Assembly: GCA_051313645.2 (NCBI GenBank)
Contig: JBNRSN020000031.1
Location: 5,766,001-5,830,000, forward strand
Source of the DNA: Centroscyllium fabricii
Taxonomy: Eukaryota
Direction: 5' to 3'
DNA length: 64,000 bases
Shown here piece after piece: positions 57,701-64,000 of this stretch. The notes beneath the pieces were generated by a model. It had not been told where the DNA came from and searched no databases. It was given only the letters and a program-made list of their open reading frames with translations. The translations under genes were made by a program, and so were the position numbers. The stretch's first letter is position 1. Each line of letters opens with the position of its first letter.

Positions 57701-60700
57701 TGTAAGGACTACTATTGTATTCACGTAATCTAATGCTGAGTTATCATTGGCCTGCAGGCATCTGTAAGGACAACTATTATATTCACGTAATCACATGCTG
57801 AGTTATCATTGGCCCACAGGCATCTGTAAGGATTACCTATTATATTCACGTAATCACATGCTGAGTTATCTTTGGCACACAGGCATCTGTAAGCACTACC
57901 TATTATATTCACGTAATCACATGCTGAATTATCATTGGCCCACAGGCATCTGAAAGGACTACCAATTATATTCACGTGATCACATGCTGAGTTATCATTG
58001 GCCCACAGGCATCTGTAAGGACTACCTGTTATATTCATGTAATCTCACGCTGAGTTATCATTGGCCCACAGGCATTTGTAAGGACTACGTATTATATTCA
58101 CGTAATCACATGCTGAGTTATCATTGGCCCACAGGCATCTGTAAGGACTACCTATTACATTCACGTAATCACATGCTGAGTTATCATTGGCCCACAGGCA
58201 TCTGTAAGGACTACCTATTATATTCACGTAATCCCATGCTGAGATACCATTGGCCCACAGGCATCTGTAAGGACTACCTATTATATTCACGTAATCACAT
58301 GCTGAATTATCATTGGCCCACAGGCATCTGTAATGACTACCTATTATATTTACGTAATCACATGCTGAGTTATCATTGGCCCGCAGGCATCTGTAAGGAC
58401 TACCAATTATATTCACGTGATCACATGCTGAGTTATCATTGGCCCACAGGCATCTGTAAGGACTACTATTGTATTCAATTAACCAAATGCTGAGTTATCA
58501 TTGGCCCACAGGCATCTGTAAGGACTACTAATGTATTCACGTAATCACATGCTGAGTTATCATTGGCCCGCAGGCATCTGTAAGGACTACCTATTATATT
58601 CACGTAATCAGACGCTGAGTTATCATTGGCCCACAGGCATCTGTAAGGACTACTATTATATTCACGTAATCACATGCTGAGTTATCATTGGCCCACTGGC
58701 TTCTGTAAGGACTACTATTGTATTCAATTAATCAAATGCTGAGTTATCATTGGCCCACAGGCATCTGTAAGGACTACTATTGTATTCACGTAATCACATG
58801 CTGAGTTATCATTGGCCCGCAGGCATCTGTAAGGGTCATATTATATTCACGTAATCACATGCTGAGTTATCATTGGCCCACAAGCGTCTGTAAGGACTAC
58901 CTATTATATTCACGTAATCACATGCTGAATTATCATTGGCCCACAGGCATTTGTAAGGGTTATCTATTATATTCACGTAATCACATGCTGAGTTATCATT
59001 GGCCCACAGGCATCTGTAAGGACTACCTATTTTATTCACGTAATCACATGATGAGTTATCATTGGCCCACAGGCATCTGTAAGGACTACCTATTATATTC
59101 CCGCAATAATATGCTGAGTTATCATTGGCCCATGGGCATCTGTAAGGTCTACCTATTATATTCACGGAATCAAATGCTGAGATATCATTGGCCCACAGGC
59201 TACTGTAAGGACTACCTATTATACTCAGGTAATCACATGCTGAATTATCATTGGCCCACAGGCATCTGTAAAAACTACCTATTATATTCACGTAATCACA
59301 TGCTGAGTTATCATTGGCCCACAGGTATCTGTAAGGACTACCTATTATATTCACGTAATCACATGCTGAGTTATCATTGGCCCACTGGCATCTGTAAGGA
59401 CTATGTATTATATTCACGTAATCACATGCTGAGTTATCATTGGCCCACAGGTATCTGTAAGGACTACCTATTATATTCACGTAATCACATGCTGAGTTAT
59501 CATTGGCCCACAGGCTTCTGGAAGGACTACCTATTATATTCACGTAATCACATGCTAAATTATCATTGGACCAAAGGCATCTGTAAGGACTACCTATTAT
59601 ATTAACGTAATCACATGCTGAGTTATCATTGGCCCACAGGCATCTGTAAGGACTACCTATTATACTCACGTAATCACATGCTGAGTTATCATTGGCCCAC
59701 AGGCATCTGTAAGGACTACATATTATATTGACGTAATCACATGCTGAATTATGATTGGCCCACAGGCATCTGGAAGGACTACCTATTATATTCACGTAAT
59801 CACATGCTGAGTTATCATTGGCCACAGGCATCTGTAAGGACAACCTATTATATTCACGTAATCACATGGTGAGTTATCATTGGCCCACAGGCATCTTTAA
59901 GGACTACCTATTATATTCACGTAATCAAATGCTGAGTTATCATTGGCCTGCAGGCATCTGTAAGGACTGCCTATTATATTCACGTAATCACATGCTGAGT
60001 TATCATTGGCCCACAGGCATCTGTAAGGACTAACTATTATATTCACGTAATCACATGCTGAGTTATCATTGGCGACAGGCATCTCTAAAGACTACCTATT
60101 ATATTCACGTAATCACATGCTGAGTTATCATTGGCCCACAGGCATCTGTAAGGACTACCTTTTATATTCACGTAATCACATGCTGAATTATCATTGGCCC
60201 ACAGGCATCTGTAAGGACAACCTATTATATTCACGTAATCACATGCTGAGTTATCATTGGCCCACAGGCACCTGTAAGGACTACCTATTATATTCACGTA
60301 ATCACATGATGATATATCATTGGCCCACAGGCATCTGTAAGGACTACCTATTATATTCACGTAATCACATGCTGAGTTATCATTGGCCCACAGGCATCAG
60401 TTAGGACTACCTATTATATTCACATAATCACATGCTGAATTATCATTGGCCCACAGGCATCTGTAAGGACTACCTATTATATTCACGTAATCAAATGCTG
60501 AGTTATCATTGCCCACTGGCATCTGTAAGGACTACCTATTATATTCACGTAATCACATGCTGAGATATCATTGGCCCACAGGCATCTGTAAGGACTACCT
60601 ATTATATTCACGTAATCACATGCTAAGTTATCATTGGCCCACAGGCATCTGTAAGGACTACCTATTATATTCACGTAATCACATTCTGAATTATCATTGG

Positions 60701-63700
60701 CCCACAGGCATCTGTAAGGACTACCTATTATATTCCCGTAATCATATGCTGAGTTATCATTGGCCCACAGACATCTGTAAGGATTACCTTTTATATTCAC
60801 GTAATCACATGCTGAGTTATCATTGCGCACAGGCATCTGTAAGGACTACCTATTATATTCCCGCAATAATATGCTGAGTTATCATTGGCCCATGGGCATC
60901 TGTAAGGTCTACCTATTATATTCACGTAATCAAATGCTGAGATATCATTGGCCCACAGGCAACTGTAAGGACTACCTATTATATTCAGGTAATCACATGC
61001 TGAATTATCATTGGCCCACAGGCATCTGTAAAAACTACCTATTATATTCACGTAATCACATGCTGAGTTATCATTGGCCCACAGGCATCTGTAAGGACTA
61101 CCTGTTATATTCACGTCATCCCATGCTGAGTATTCATTGGCCCACAGGCATTTGAAAGGACTACCTATTATATTCAAGTATTCACATATTGAGTTATCAT
61201 TGGCCCACAGCCATCTGTAAGGACTACCTTTTATATTCACGTAATCACATGCTGAGTTATCATTGGCCAACAGGCATCTGTAAGGACTACCTATTATATT
61301 CACGTAATCATATGTTGAGTTATCATCGGCCAACAGTCACCTGTAAGGACAACCTATTGTATTCAATGAATCACATGCTGAGTTATCATTGGCTCACAGG
61401 CATCTGTAAGGACTACCTATTATATTCACGTAATCACATGCTGAGTTATCATTGGCCCACAGGCATCTCTAAGGACCACCAATTATATTCACGTAGTCAC
61501 ATGCTGAGTTATCATTGGCCCACAGGCATCTGTAAGGACTACCTATTATATTCACGTAATCACATGCTGAGTTATCATTGGCCCGCAGGCATCTGGAAGG
61601 ACTACCTATTATATTCACGTAATCACATGCTGAATTATCATTGAACCAAAGGCATCTGTAAGGTCTGTCTATTATATTCACGTAATGACATGCTGTGTTA
61701 TCATTGGCCATAGGCATCTGTAAAGAGTACCTATTATATTCACGTTATCACATGCTGAGTTATCATTGGCCCACAGGCATCTGTAAGGACTACCTTTTAT
61801 ATTCACGTAATCACATGCTGAATTATCATTGGCCCACAGGCGTCTTTAAGGACTACCTATTATATTCTCGTAATCAGATGCTGAGTTATCATTGGCCCAC
61901 AGGCATCTGTAAGGACTACCTTTTATATTCACGTAATCACATGCTGAATTATCATTGGCCCACAGGCATCTGTAAGGACTACCTATTATATTCTCGGAAT
62001 CACATGCTGAGTTATCATTGGCCCACAGGCATCTGTAAGGACTACCTATTATATTCACGTATTCACATGCAGAGATATCATCGGCCAACAGTTATCTTTA
62101 AGGACAACCTATTGTATTCAAGTAAACACATGCTGAGTTATCATTGGCCCACAGGCATCTGTAAGGACTACCTATTATATTAACGTAATCACATGCTGAG
62201 TTATCATTGGCCCACAGGCATCTGTAAGGACTACCTATTATATTCTCGTAATCACATGCTGAATTATCATTGGCCCACAGGCATCTGTAAGGACAACCTA
62301 TTATATTCACGTAATCACATGCTGAGTTATCATTGGCCCACAGGCACCTGTAAGGACTACCTATTATATTCACGTAATCAAATGCTGAGATATCATTGGC
62401 CCACAGGCATCTGTAAGGACTACCTATTATATTCACGTAATCACATGCTGAGTTATCATTGGCCCACAGGCATCAGTTAGGACTACCTATTATATTCACA
62501 TAATCACATGCTGAATTATCATTGGCCCACAGGCATCTGTAAGGACTTCCTATTATATTCACGTAATCAAATGCTGAGTTATCATTGCCCACTGGCATCT
62601 GTAAGGACTACCTATTATATTCACGTAATCACATGCTGAGTTATCATTGGCCCACAGGCATCTGTAAGGACTACCTATTATATTCACGTAATCACATGCT
62701 AAGTTATCATTGGCCCACAGGCTTCTGTAAGGACTACCTATTATATTCACGTAATCCCATGCTGAGTATTCATTGGCCCACAGGCATTTGGAAGGACTAC
62801 CTATTATATTCACCTATTCACATATTGAGTTATCATTGGCCCACAGCCATCTGTAAGGACTACCTTTTATATTCACGTAATCACATGCTGAGTTATCATT
62901 GCGCACAGGCATCTGTAAGGACTACCTATTATATTCCCGCAATAATATGCTGAGTTATCATCGGCCAACAGTCACCTGTAAGGACAACCTATTGTATTCA
63001 ATGAATCACATGCTGAGTTATCATTAGCTACAGGCATCTGTAAGGACTACCTATTATATTCACGTAATCACATGCTGAGTTATCATTGGCCCACAGGCAT
63101 CTGTAAGGACTACCTATTATATTCACGTAATCACATGCTGAGTTATCATTGGCCCACAGGCATCTGTAAGGACTACCTATTATATTCACGTAATCACATG
63201 CTGAGTTATCATTGGCCCACAGGCATCTGGTAGGACTACCTATTATATTCATGTAATCACATGCTGAATTATCATTGGAACAAAGGCATCTGTAAGTACT
63301 ACTATTGTATTCACGTAATCAAATGCTGAGTTAACATTGGCCCACAGGCATCTGTAAGAACTACCTATTATATTTACGTAATCACATGCTGAGTTATCAT
63401 TGGCCCACAGGCATCTGGAAGGACTACCTATTATATTCAGGTAATCACATGCTGAGTTATCATTGGCCCGCAAGCATCTGGAAGGACTACCTATTATATT
63501 CACGTAATCACATGCTGAATTATCATTGGACCAAAGGCATCTGTAAGGACTACCTATTATTTTCACTTAATCACATGCTGAGTATTCATTGGCCCACAGG
63601 CATCTGTAAGGACTACCTATTATATTCACGTAATCACATGCTGAGTTACCATTGGCCCACAGGCATCTGGAAGGACTACCTATTATATTCACGTATTCAC

Positions 63701-63736
63701 ATGCTGAGTTATCATTGGCCACAGGCATCTGTAAGG
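57696..63736 (+). repeat. Copy 2 of the ~6-kb long-range duplicated satellite block
   Basis: Same ordered series of diagnostic monomers as 5426-11720. Boundaries are approximate. Confidence 0.88.
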
Positions 63737-64000
63737 TCAACCTATTATATTCACGTAATCACATGCTGAGTTATCATTGGCCCACAGGCATCTGTAAGGA
63801 CTACCTATTATATTCACGTAATTACATGCTGAGTTATCATTGGGCCACAGGCATCTGTAAGGACTACCTATTATATTCACGTAATCACATGCTGAGTTAT
63901 CATTGGCCCACAGGCATCTGGAAGGACTATCTATTATATTCACGTAATCACATGCTGAGTTATCATTGGCCACAGGCATCTGTAAGGTCAACCTATTATA

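Larger units (their letters stand above)
858..64000. repeat. Tandem satellite DNA array, 63-bp monomer (62-bp variants), ~1,000 copies, single orientation, extends beyond the window
   Basis: Consensus TATTCACGTAATCACATGCTGAGTTATCATTGGCCCACAGGCATCTGTAAGGACTACCTATTA is read directly throughout, usually with 0-4 differences per monomer. The only non-satellite interruptions I saw are 2449-2655 and 43615-43786. Copy number is estimated from length/63. Confidence 0.99.

Noticed and set aside
1018-63991. Hundreds of Cys/His-rich ORFs with 21-aa repeats (YSRNHMLSYHWPTGICKDYLL on plus; NIIGSPYRCLWANDNSACDYV on minus), superficially zinc-finger- or EGF-like
   Set aside because: The 63-bp monomer has a stop-free frame on each strand. 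Frequent 1-bp deletions shift the frame, nonsense variants are tolerated and substitutions show no obvious synonymous bias.
858-64000. CRISPR array
   Set aside because: There are no unique spacers because the whole period is repeated. There are no cas genes and the context is eukaryotic retroelements.
858-64000. CENP-B box, telomeric repeat, tRNA/5S/snRNA tandem gene or ribozyme within the monomer
   Set aside because: There is no TTCGNNNNANNCGGG, TTAGGG run, Pol III A/B box, cloverleaf or CUGANGA...GAAA core on either strand of the consensus.
858-64000. Monomer as 3 x 21-bp ancestral subunits
   Set aside because: The thirds do not align. Only CACATGC/CACAGGC (23 bp apart) and an 8-bp tandem are visible, which is too weak to support this.

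Overview
This is eukaryotic DNA, probably from a cartilaginous fish or other fish (an inference from the retroelements). About 98% of it (858-64000, running off the right edge) is one head-to-tail satellite array of roughly 1,000 copies of a 63-bp monomer. The consensus is TATTCACGTAATCACATGCTGAGTTATCATTGGCCCACAGGCATCTGTAAGGACTACCTATTA (~41% GC), with recurrent 62-bp variants. The hundreds of 21-aa-repeat ORFs in the track arise because 63 is divisible by 3; they are not genes. Three retroelement pieces flank or interrupt the array. The first is the intact 3' end of an Ingi/Vingi-like LINE (1-857). The second is a 207-bp 5'-truncated Rex1/Babar-like LINE tail with an (ATCTTGT)4 terminus (2449-2655). 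The third is a 172-bp Penelope-like terminal-repeat fragment (43615-43786) with a perfect 32-bp inverted repeat, an 11-bp target-site duplication and a degenerate minimal hammerhead ribozyme on the minus strand. Shared rare variants show nested higher-order repeats (0.4-4.7 kb) and a ~6-kb block recurring ~52 kb away. I found no host protein-coding gene, CRISPR array or novel protein system. The best leads are the ribozyme-bearing insert and the architecture of the satellite.
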